Assembly (NCBI GenBank): GCA_965552135.1
Contig: CBEVQY010000019.1
Coordinates: 1 to 51,693, forward strand
Reading direction: 5' to 3'
DNA length: 51,693 nt
Origin: an uncultured bacterium
GTDB lineage: Bacteria > UBP14 > UBA6098 > B30-G16
In this document: positions 36,599 to 45,600 of the stretch, in pieces
Position numbering within the stretch: position 1 is the stretch's first letter
How the letters are laid out: every line of letters begins with the position of its first letter
Position numbers and translations under genes: made by a program
Notes under the pieces: model-generated
Seen by the model: the letters and a program-made list of their open reading frames with translations, nothing else
Databases searched by the model: none
What the model was told of the DNA's origin: nothing

Positions 36599-37951
36599 CT
36601 ACAGGACCCGCAAAAGAAGCGTTGCGATGACCATGTAGATCAGGAGCCCACAGACGTCGTTGAAGGTTGTGATGAACGGTCCTGTGGCGAACGCGGGGTC
36701 GGCGCCAAGCTTTGAGAGGACGACGGGCAGCGAGCTTCCAACGGTTGCCGACACGGTCATGGCTACGACTATCGCGACCGCAGCGACGATGCCAACCTTA
36801 ACCTCGCCCCAGGCAGCGCCTATGGCAAGAAGGAAAGCGCCCGTGATGATCCCCAAAAGCATGCCGGCTATGATCTCCTTTGCAACCGCCCTCCCGTGGT
36901 GGGAGTGTCCCCATCGGGAGAGCGCGATCCGCCGTATCATCACCGCCGCCGACTGCATGCCAACGTTGCCCCCAAGCGCCATTATGAGAGGGATAAAGCT
37001 TGCCAAAAGCACCACCTGGCGTATCGTCGCCGAAAAGTGTTTAAGGACCATCCCCGAAACAAGCTCGCCCCCAAACGCCACCAAAAGCCACGGTATCCTG
37101 TGCTTTATGTTGTGTACGCCGACGTCCTCCTCCTCAAGCTCGATGCCGACCATTTTGTAGAGGTCTTCGCTCGCCTCCTCGTCGACCACGTCGAGGACGT
37201 CGTCGATGGTGATGCGCCCCAAAAGCCTCCCCTCCTCGTCCACAACGGGGGCGCTGACTATGTCCCTGCGCCTGAACTGATCAGCCACCCACTCCCTGTC
37301 GGCGTCAACGGGCACAACGACCTCCACGGGGTCAGCGATGTCTGCCATGCGGGCGACCGGCGAAGAGACCAAAAGCCTCTGGATCGGCACAGTGCCCAGA
37401 AGACGCCCGTCCTCGTCGACGATGAAGATCTGGAAGATCTCCTCGATGTCCTTTCCGAAGCGGACGAGGTCGGCGATCGCCTGAGCCACGGTGTAGGATG
37501 CGGGCAGCTTCTCGACCTCGTGCGCCATAAGGGCGCCTGCGGTCTCATCGGGATGGGCGAAAAGCTCTCGAACCTCGTCCGCCTTCTCGTCGGAGACGAG
37601 CGCCAAAACGTCGTCCACAAGCTCCTCGTCGAGCTCGCCGAGGAGGTCGACGGCATCATCGGATGGGAGCTCCTCCACGAACTTCGCCAAAAGCTCCAGC
37701 GGCATCTGCATAACGACCTTCGACCGCAGCTCGGGGTATATCGACATAAGTGTGTCGGCGGCATCTGCGACGTCCATAGCCTTAAGCAGCGCAGCGGCAC
37801 AGGAGGGGTCGTCGAGCTTGTCGATAAGCTCGGCTACTTCATCCGGGGAACGCCCCGCAAGGAAACTCGAAAGCGCCCTGAAATCGCCGTCCTCCACAAG
37901 CTGGCGTGCCCTCTCGACGAGTGCGTCTATGTCGTCCCTCACCTCGGACAT
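36599..37951 (-). CDS. mgtE: Magnesium transporter MgtE
   Basis: Acidic N domain, ETAGALM, CBS pair (PVVD..G.L.G.ITIDD), RIPWL, GGNVG.Q, DPA...GPFITT..D. Confidence 0.96.
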   Translation of the reverse strand: MSEVRDDIDALVERARQLVEDGDFRALSSFLAGRSPDEVAELIDKLDDPSCAAALLKAMDVADAADTLMSIYPELRSKVVMQMPLELLAKFVEELPSDDAVDLLGELDEELVDDVLALVSDEKADEVRELFAHPDETAGALMAHEVEKLPASYTVAQAIADLVRFGKDIEEIFQIFIVDEDGRLLGTVPIQRLLVSSPVARMADIADPVEVVVPVDADREWVADQFRRRDIVSAPVVDEEGRLLGRITIDDVLDVVDEEASEDLYKMVGIELEEEDVGVHNIKHRIPWLLVAFGGELVSGMVLKHFSATIRQVVLLASFIPLIMALGGNVGMQSAAVMIRRIALSRWGHSHHGRAVAKEIIAGMLLGIITGAFLLAIGAAWGEVKVGIVAAVAIVVAMTVSATVGSSLPVVLSKLGADPAFATGPFITTFNDVCGLLIYMVIATLLLRVL

Positions 37952-37957
37952 CGAGGC

Positions 37958-39253
37958 TCACCTCTCGCCAACAAGCCACAAAAGCTTCGCCTTCTGGGCG
38001 TGGAAGTTCGTCAGGGCGGTTATTCTCTGCAGCTGAGCCTGCTCGAGGGCGAGCTCAGCGTCGAGGAGCTCGAGCAATGTCGCGCTGCCAAGCTCGTACC
38101 TCTCGCGGGTTGTCCGCAGGGTCAAAAGCGCGTCGTCGACCTGAGCCACAGAAAGCCTGTAAGCCTCAAGCGCCTCGACCATGCTGCGATACGCCTCCCT
38201 GGCCGCCTGCTGCGCCGAAACCTCCGCCTTATAAGCCGAAGTTCTAGCTAAGTCGAGGGCTGCGTTGGCGCCCTCGATGCCACCAACCCTCTCCGTTCCG
38301 GCAAAAAGCGTCCACGAAAGCGTGATGCCGTAGCTGAACGACGCCTCGTCGGCGAGGGTTTTGAGGTCTGGAGGGGTCTCGCCGCCGCTCCAGCTCCAGC
38401 TTGCCGAAAGCGAAAGCCTGGGGAGATACGAAAGCCAAGCCGACAGGCGCTCAAGCTTTGCCGACGATAGCTCGAGCTTCGCCTGGGCGATCGATCTGTT
38501 CGACCCGAGCCTCGAGAGGAAGGAGTCGATCGGCGGCACATCCTGCGGGGGAGGCAGAGTGGTGTCGACCTCGAACGAGGTATCGAGCGGGAACGCCAAA
38601 AGCACGCACAAAGCCTCGCGGGCGCGCTCAACGGCGTTTTCTGCCTGAAGCTTCGAAAGCCTTTTTTGCGCCACCTGAACCCGCATCTTCGAGGCATCAA
38701 CCTCGGACGCAGAGCCGAGGGAGAGCTTTTGCTGCACGATGCGCTGTTCGTCGAGCGCCCTCTCCAACGCCTGCTTGGCGACGGAAAGCTCCATCACGCA
38801 GCGGACAAGGTCGAGGTATGCGGCGACCACCTCCGCCCGGACCCTCGCAACGGCATCGTCGTAAGCGAGACGAGCCCTCTGGTGCGCCATCCGCGCCTGC
38901 AGAAGAAAGATAAGATCTCGCCCGCCCGAAAAAAGCGGAAACGACCCCGAAAGACCCAGCGAGTAGCGATCCTTGGAGAAGTACATCTCGTCGTTTCGGA
39001 AGGAGATCACCTGCCTGTCGAACCTATACCACGACGCGGAGGTTGAGATCGATGGTAGGAACGGCGAGTACGCCGCGACGCAGGCTGCCCACGCGGACCG
39101 GAGTTCCGCCTCTGCCTCTGCCACGTCTGGGCTCTGGGCGAGGGCTATGCTTTCTGCGGCGGCGAGCGTGAGAATCGACGGCGAAGGCGACTGCACCGCC
39201 TCGCCCCAAGCCAAAGCCAACGCGACAAAAACTTTTGTCCAAAGAAGCCTCAT
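37958..39253 (-). CDS. TolC-family outer-membrane efflux protein
   Basis: Two OEP repeats (FLPSIS...PLFSGG; YLPRLSL...WTLF.G), RYELG.AT.LELLDA. Confidence 0.92.
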   Translation of the reverse strand: MRLLWTKVFVALALAWGEAVQSPSPSILTLAAAESIALAQSPDVAEAEAELRSAWAACVAAYSPFLPSISTSASWYRFDRQVISFRNDEMYFSKDRYSLGLSGSFPLFSGGRDLIFLLQARMAHQRARLAYDDAVARVRAEVVAAYLDLVRCVMELSVAKQALERALDEQRIVQQKLSLGSASEVDASKMRVQVAQKRLSKLQAENAVERAREALCVLLAFPLDTSFEVDTTLPPPQDVPPIDSFLSRLGSNRSIAQAKLELSSAKLERLSAWLSYLPRLSLSASWSWSGGETPPDLKTLADEASFSYGITLSWTLFAGTERVGGIEGANAALDLARTSAYKAEVSAQQAAREAYRSMVEALEAYRLSVAQVDDALLTLRTTRERYELGSATLLELLDAELALEQAQLQRITALTNFHAQKAKLLWLVGER

Positions 39254-39342
39254 CGCCCTCGCAACACGTGCCTTTTCTCATCGACGCGGTCATAACCGAA
39301 GAGTCTGCGCGCAAAGCGCCTGCGAACCCCCTCCACCCTCAT
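39250..39342 (-). CDS. Possible 30-aa basic small protein between MFP and TolC genes
   Basis: MRVEGVRRRFARRLFGYDRVDEKRHVLRGR*. The ATG is 1 nt after the MFP TAA and the TGA overlaps the TolC ATG (ATGA). Confidence 0.35.
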   Translation of the reverse strand: MRVEGVRRRFARRLFGYDRVDEKRHVLRGR

Positions 39343-39343
39343 C

Positions 39344-40564
39344 TTAACGCGCTTGCCCCCTTACCCGACCGGAGCGACGAAAGCGTCTACGCCCCGCCAA
39401 AACCCTGACCCTGTCGCCATCGCGAAGCTGACGAAGAACACGAAACGGACCCGTCACCACCCTATCGCCAAGACCAAGACCATCAACGACCTCGATGTAC
39501 TTGTCGTCGGATATCCCCGTCTTTATCCTGACCTTGCGCGCGACGCCGCCCTCGACGACGAAGACGCCTTCGCCCTCGCCCAACGAATCGCGATACGCCA
39601 CAACACAAGACAGCGGAACGGCGAGAACGGAGTCCTTTTGCGCCGTCGTTATCGTCGCCGTGACGGACATGCCCGGACGTATCTTGGGCGAGGGGTTTTG
39701 GATGGCTATTTTGACCTCGAAGCTTGCCCTCGTCTCCTCGCCGCCAACGGAGCGCACCTTCGCCTGGTGCGACACCTGAACGACGCGCCCCAGAAACGAT
39801 GTGTCCGGCAGGGCATCGAGCTCCACCAAAGCCTGCTGTCCGGGCTCGACGTCAACGATATCGGCTTCGTCGACGTCGACTTCGGCGAGAAGGTCGGAAA
39901 GCTGCGCGATGGTCATTATGATGCTTCCGGGGTTGTTCATCGTTCCAACGACGACGAACTCGCCCTGGTTCGCCTTTATCGACGTGACCACGCCGTCGAT
40001 GGGCGCCGTTATGACGGTTTTGGCGAGGTTATCGCGTGCTTCCTCGAGGGCGGCGCGTGCAGCCTCGACGCCGTTTCGCGCCGCCGCAAGCTGCGCCTCA
40101 AGAACCTTCACCTCCGTCTGCGCCTCTAAAAGCTGATCGTCGGATACGGCGCCCGATTCGTGCAGCTTCCGGAGCTTGCGGAGGTTCTCCTGGGCGCGCC
40201 TCAGGTTCGCCTCAGCCTGCCTGACCTGAGACTGCGCGGAGTGAAAGTTCGCCTCAGCCTGCCTCAGGGCAGCCAAAAGCCTGTCCTGTGCCAAAACCAC
40301 AAGCGTGTCGCCAACCTCAACGGTGTCGCCCTCGACCACGAAAAGACTCTCGATCTTCTCTGTCACCTGCGCGGATATATCTACATCGCTTTTGGGCTCG
40401 ACCCTGCCGAAGGCGATAACGGTGGACTTTATCGTCCTGGGCTTCACAAGCGCCGTCTCGACGGGCTTTGCACCCCCCTTAACCCCCCTAAGCAGAAAGA
40501 CGACGCCCAAAACGATCACCACCAGAAGCGCCGCGCCTATCCCTATTACGACCGCCCTCTTCAT
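39344..40564 (-). CDS. Efflux periplasmic adaptor (membrane fusion protein, MacA/HlyD-like)
   Basis: N-terminal TM, V.EGD.V..GD.L, coiled coil, I.APIDGVV, VDEADI..V..GQ, IRPGMS, L.VP. Confidence 0.93.
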   Translation of the reverse strand: MKRAVVIGIGAALLVVIVLGVVFLLRGVKGGAKPVETALVKPRTIKSTVIAFGRVEPKSDVDISAQVTEKIESLFVVEGDTVEVGDTLVVLAQDRLLAALRQAEANFHSAQSQVRQAEANLRRAQENLRKLRKLHESGAVSDDQLLEAQTEVKVLEAQLAAARNGVEAARAALEEARDNLAKTVITAPIDGVVTSIKANQGEFVVVGTMNNPGSIIMTIAQLSDLLAEVDVDEADIVDVEPGQQALVELDALPDTSFLGRVVQVSHQAKVRSVGGEETRASFEVKIAIQNPSPKIRPGMSVTATITTAQKDSVLAVPLSCVVAYRDSLGEGEGVFVVEGGVARKVRIKTGISDDKYIEVVDGLGLGDRVVTGPFRVLRQLRDGDRVRVLAGRRRFRRSGRVRGQAR

Positions 40565-40706
40565 AGCACCCCACAGCTGAAAAGTTCAACAAAGACCCAA
40601 AAATCCCCATGCGCAAGAACTTTCTTCGTAGAAAGGGGGAAGCGACCCTGCGGGCAAAAACCGGGGGCAACTTCGCGCGGCGGACGACGACGGAGACGAC
40701 GGAAGG

Positions 40707-41117
40707 CTACCGCGACTTTTTGCGCTGCACCTCCGCCGAAAGCAGGGCCTTGAGGCGCTCCTTCACAGCCTCGTAGGAGGGCGGAGCCGAAAAGCTTGCG
40801 TGGGTGATTATGTTTTCACCCACCTCCTCCTGAAGGTAAAACCTCCTTGAGCCCACCACCTTCGCCTCGAGCCATATCTCGCGCAGCTTCTTCCCGCCCG
40901 AAAAGAGCCAAAAGCGGTATATCTCGCCCTCTTCGGGTCTTTTGCCGGGACGCTGGAAGGCAAGTATCACCCAGCCCTCGTGCTTGAACTCGTCTATTGG
41001 ATCATACGGCACCGAAACCGTCACGTACTTTCCCCTGTAAAGCTTTCCGCCGCAGCCGGCGGAGAACATAGCCGCCAAAAGAAGCGTCAGAGCGCAAACC
41101 CCAAAAAGCCGCACCAT
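40707..41117 (-). CDS. Hypothetical lipoprotein
   Basis: MVRLFGVCALTLLLAAMFSAG-C lipobox-like signal; SD GGAGG before ATG 41117. Confidence 0.65.
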   Translation of the reverse strand: MVRLFGVCALTLLLAAMFSAGCGGKLYRGKYVTVSVPYDPIDEFKHEGWVILAFQRPGKRPEEGEIYRFWLFSGGKKLREIWLEAKVVGSRRFYLQEEVGENIITHASFSAPPSYEAVKERLKALLSAEVQRKKSR

Positions 41118-41136
41118 AAAGCGACCTCCGATCTCG

Positions 41137-41394
41137 CTAAACCTCATCGACTATGCCCACTATCCCCGCATCCGCGGGGATCTCCCTGCCGGGGATGATA
41201 AGCGTAGCCTCTCGAGCAGAAACCCACACCACGATCTGCCCCTCCTGAGCGCCGACTCCGTCTGCAGCGATTATCTTGCGCCCCACGGGGCGAAGCCCCT
41301 CGTCCAAAGGCTGAAGAACGTAAAGCTTGACACCCAAAAGCTTGGGATCACAAGCCGTGCAGTAAACCTTGCCCTCTACCCTGCCAAGCCTCAT
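41137..41394 (-). CDS. EutN/CcmL-family bacterial microcompartment vertex (BMC-P) protein
   Basis: MRLGRVEGKV..T..D..L.G.KL..LQP......IAADGVGA..GQ.V.....EA......P.DAGIVGIVD, 85 aa. Confidence 0.92.
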   Translation of the reverse strand: MRLGRVEGKVYCTACDPKLLGVKLYVLQPLDEGLRPVGRKIIAADGVGAQEGQIVVWVSAREATLIIPGREIPADAGIVGIVDEV

Positions 41395-41400
41395 AAAACC

Positions 41401-42477
41401 CTACTTTATCGTAATGGCGACGTTAAAGAATATATAATTCCCAAGCAGGTAGAAAGCGATTATCGCCAGAGCATCCCACCCAAGATATAAAAAGCTCTTC
41501 CGCGAGCGATATATCACCCCCATAATCGCAATAGTCGTAAGGATTATAGCGAAGGAGGCGGTGACCATATGATACGGCTGAGCCAGGGTGAAGATGCTTT
41601 TCCCTCCAGAGAGGACCTCCATTATAGGGATTATGACGATGTTGTAGGCATTGCTTCCGAAGAGGTTTGCGATAGCCATGTTCACGGCGCCTATGCGGTA
41701 TGCGCTTATCGACACAACAAGCTCGGGGAGCGAGGTTACGAAGGCGACGATGATCGTGCCGACGAAGCTTTCGCCAAGGATGAAGTGGAAGGAGCCCCAA
41801 ACGAACTCCCTTTTTGCGAGCACGCGTGCGAAGCCTATAAGGAGTATCCCGAGGGCGATAACGATGAGTGCGGCGACGCAAAACCTAAGGATCGTTTTCC
41901 GCACGGCTCGCGGCGACGGTCGACGAAAGAACTCCTCGTCGGAGACGGTCGTCTGCTCGGAGCGATACGTTATCATAGTCCCCGTCACCCAGGCTGCCGC
42001 GATGAGAGCGCTGAATATCCACCCCCAAACGTTCGCAAGCGATTCGGACACGCTTTCAAACTGGGTTGTTGCGAAGATTCCCGCTGCGGCAAGAGCCATA
42101 AGGAATATCCCCAACGCCGCCGGCAGAATTTGCGTCGCGCTGACGGTGAGCAGAACCGGTCCCGGTCCCTGAAGGAAATCGAGAATCGCTATTATGAACA
42201 TGTTGAACATGTTGCTCCCGAAGACGTTTCCGATGGCGATGTTGTCGGCTCCCGTGAGGACAGCCGTAACGGAGGAGACGATCTCGGGAACGGATGTTAT
42301 CGTGGCCAGAAGGATTATTCCGATCCACGAGCTCGAAAGACCCGTAAGCTCGGCGATTCTGTCTCCCAGCCGCGAGAGCCACGACCCCGCAAGAACAACC
42401 AGAAAGGCAACCACAGCCGTGCCACCGAAGAGCACGACGTTGCTGCATTCCTCCAGAAGTTGAAAAAGCCCAAACAT
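41401..42477 (-). CDS. Na+/Ca2+ exchanger (CaCA, YrbG-like) family antiporter
   Basis: Two alpha-repeats, ATITSVPE...GNVFGSN and AFVTSLPE...ANLFGSN; start uncertain (ATG 42477). Confidence 0.88.
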   Translation of the reverse strand: MFGLFQLLEECSNVVLFGGTAVVAFLVVLAGSWLSRLGDRIAELTGLSSSWIGIILLATITSVPEIVSSVTAVLTGADNIAIGNVFGSNMFNMFIIAILDFLQGPGPVLLTVSATQILPAALGIFLMALAAAGIFATTQFESVSESLANVWGWIFSALIAAAWVTGTMITYRSEQTTVSDEEFFRRPSPRAVRKTILRFCVAALIVIALGILLIGFARVLAKREFVWGSFHFILGESFVGTIIVAFVTSLPELVVSISAYRIGAVNMAIANLFGSNAYNIVIIPIMEVLSGGKSIFTLAQPYHMVTASFAIILTTIAIMGVIYRSRKSFLYLGWDALAIIAFYLLGNYIFFNVAITIK

Positions 42478-42503
42478 CGTAACCGCCAAACTGCCCCGTT
42501 CAA

Positions 42504-42584
42504 AAATTACGCCGCCGAAGGGTAAAGTCAACTTTTTTGTCGAAAGTCTTAGGTATTGATTTTTGGCTTTCGTACAGTTATTTA
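42504..42584. promoter_or_regulatory. Divergent promoter region (antiporter operon / giant surface protein)
   Basis: Minus strand TTGACT-16-TAATTT (42531-42504); plus strand TTGATT-17-TATTTA (42556-42584); SD GGAGG before ATG 42618. Confidence 0.45.
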
Positions 42585-42617
42585 CAACAAAAATAGAGCC
42601 CAAATTGGAGGGGGAGG

Positions 42618-45600
42618 ATGTTCTGGAGAAAGGGTGCAACGATTTGGCTTTTCATACTTGCAGCAAGCTTGCCCGCGTTTGGTCTGGGTGATGTCACCGC
42701 CTTTTTCGCATCGGACGACAAGGCTCTACGCGGAAGGAGCGACGAACTCGACTACGTCCTTGATCTGCGCTGGCTCGACGTCCAGCCGCTTTACTGGCAG
42801 ATGATCGAGGCTTCTGATCCCGCCTCACGCATCGAAGCCGCAAGGGAGGCGATAGAGATCCTGCGCGACTACGAAAAGCAGATCACAGACGTTGCCGTCT
42901 CAAGCGGCGCCCTGGACGAGGACGAGGCGACGGAAAGACGCCGAAGGGTTTTGGCGCTTCTTGATTCGCTTGGCGCCCTCTCCGACGACGAGCTTCTGGC
43001 TCTTCTGCCGAACCCCTCCGCCGGACCCAAGCGCACAAACGTCGACCCCAGGGAGCGCTTCAGACGCGAAGCCATGCAGAAAAAACAAAAGTTTCCACCG
43101 CGGCGAAAGCCAGTCGAAAGGTCGTCGATTGTGGAGCCCACCTCGTTTGGGAGCTTCGCCGGCCGCAGGATCATAAAGCGGGACAACGACGTCTCCGGGG
43201 CGCCAGTGGGCTACGAGATCCCAAGGTGTTGGTATGAGCTTCCCGAGGGCGTTCGCCCACCGCTTCGAATAGTGGTAGAACGCGACACAACCATAAGGGA
43301 CTTCGCAGCCGGCGAACCCCTGCCACTATCGGAAGGACTCGCAAGAACCGAAGAGGAAATGGCGTGGACCTTCTGGTGGGAGTCGTTCGAAGGGAGCACG
43401 TTCCCGCCGCCAGGCTGGTCACGCTCGGGTCTGCACTCTTCACCCTACACGTGGCACAGAAACAGCACATACCACTGCTCGGGATCCTACTCCGCCGCCG
43501 TCTACTGGCAAGACACCGACTGGCAGGACGAATACCTCTTCACGCCCAACATAAACATATCCACCTGCTACAACATCCACCTCAGGTTCTACCTCACGAT
43601 GAACCAGACGGACTGGGCAAACGGCTGGTACAACTGGCTCTTCCTCTACTACTCCGTCGACGGCGGAACATATTATTTCTACACATATTACGACGAAAAC
43701 GCCTCCTGCTCATATAAAAACTTAGATCTCACCTCGCTCCTCGACAGGCACACGCAGGTCTCCTTCTGCTTCAACTACTACGGCTACGACGGGTTCAACC
43801 TGGCGATCGACTACGTCAACCTTTACGGCGAGACCGACGGCTACGCCAACTCGACGGACTCGACGAACTGGGGCGGTGGGAATATGTATATATCGGGCAA
43901 GAAGACGATTTTCGGCAAGTTTTACAATATAAACAAGTTCACCGTTGCCAGCGGCGCCAACCTTATTGTGAAGGCGTACAATCCGTCTTTTCCGAACAGC
44001 GGGCTTGTGAGCATATACGCCGAGACGATCTTCGTTTACGGGACGATAGACGCCGACGAGGCTGGCTATCCCGGTGGACGCGGCGGCGACGGCGGCGACT
44101 GGAGCTACTCCGAGGGCGGTGGCGGCGGCTACGGCGGGGGAGGTCCTGGCGCAGGCGGAACGGGCGGAAACGGCGCCAATGGTACATCCGGAAGCTGCAG
44201 CGACTGGGGCGAAACCGACTACACCTTCTCCGGCGGCGGTGGCGGTGGAGGTGGCGGAGGAGGCTCATATGGTTGTAACTACGCTGCCTCAGGCGGTTAC
44301 GGCGGCACTGGCGGCTGCGCCGAAAGCGAAGACTGCGGCGCCTATCAGGCTGGCGGCGCGGGCGGCACACCGGGCGGAGGAGGCGGCTCGTACGGAAGCA
44401 GCTACGGCTTCAATGTCTACCGCGGCTCCGGCGGTGGCGGCGGTGGCGGGGGCGGCGGAGGAGGATACTACGACTACTCTGCCCCCGGCGGACCTGCCGG
44501 CGCTGGCGGTGGAGCCATAATCCTTAAGGCTATCAGGCTCTACAGCGTGGGGACGCTCACCGCCGACGGCGGCGACGGAGGCGACGGAGGATATGGTTCT
44601 GACGCATACCTCGATACCAACAGCCCCTTCGCCGACGACGCCTACTACGGCGGCGGTGGCGGAGGTGGCGGAGGAGGCGGCGGCTCCGGCGGAGGGATAC
44701 TTGTGATGGCAGAAAACCTTTACATAGGTGGGCTCATAACCGCCCGCGGCGGCTGGGGAGGCACAGGTGGCTCAGGCGGCGCAGGCGATTGCTCATTCGG
44801 ATGGGGCAGCTGCACATCCTGCGGTGCTGGAAGCGACGGTGCATCCGGCGGAAGAGGGGGCGGAGGAAGGATCAAGATATACTACGGTCGGCAGACCACC
44901 AACAACGCCGCGATCCTCCGGACGGGGAACTGCAACGGAACTTACGTCTACAGGCAGCTTCCCGCCACGACGATCGCCACGAACCCGTCCGGGAGGCGTG
45001 TGGTCGTCGATGGCGTGACGTACACCGCGCCTGTGACGTTCTACTGGCTCCCTGGAACCCGGCACACCATATCCGCGCCGTCGCCGCAGTACGTTGGCAT
45101 GAGGCGATACGTCTGGTACAGCTGGTCCGACGGCGGCGCGCAAACCCACGAAATCACAGCGCCAACAAGCGCTACGACCATAACGGCAAACTTCAACTGC
45201 GAATATCACCTCGTCTTCGAGGTCCACACGACGACCTCCGGCACCGACCTCTCCTCGACGAACCACGCCACCCTCACCCTCGACGGAACGCCTCACTCCC
45301 TCTGGGACGGTCATCCCTACGACGTCTGGGTCGCGTGCGGAAGCTCGCACAGCTACTCCTTCTCCTCAACTTCCTCGGGCAGTGGCAGCACCCACAGATG
45401 GTACTGCGCCTCGCCACCCTCGGGCATAATCTCGTCTCCCGATACGATAAGGGCGTACTACGCCGAGCAGTGGTGGCTCGACGTAGACGAGAACGGTCAC
45501 TCAGCGCCCTGCCCGGGCGTTGAGGGCTGGTACAACCACGGCACCACGGTTTGCGCCTGCGTTGAGGATTCGATCGTCGTTGAGGGCGGCACAAGGTACG

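Noticed and set aside
43440..43800. TAC/AAC-rich segment as a possible DGR variable region
   Set aside because: No second copy differing only at adenines was seen and there is no RT. Tyr/Asn-rich coding explains it.
44230..44690. GGN runs as a phase-variable microsatellite or CRISPR-like array
   Set aside because: The codons are mixed (GGC/GGT/GGA) and in frame, with no repeat-spacer structure.
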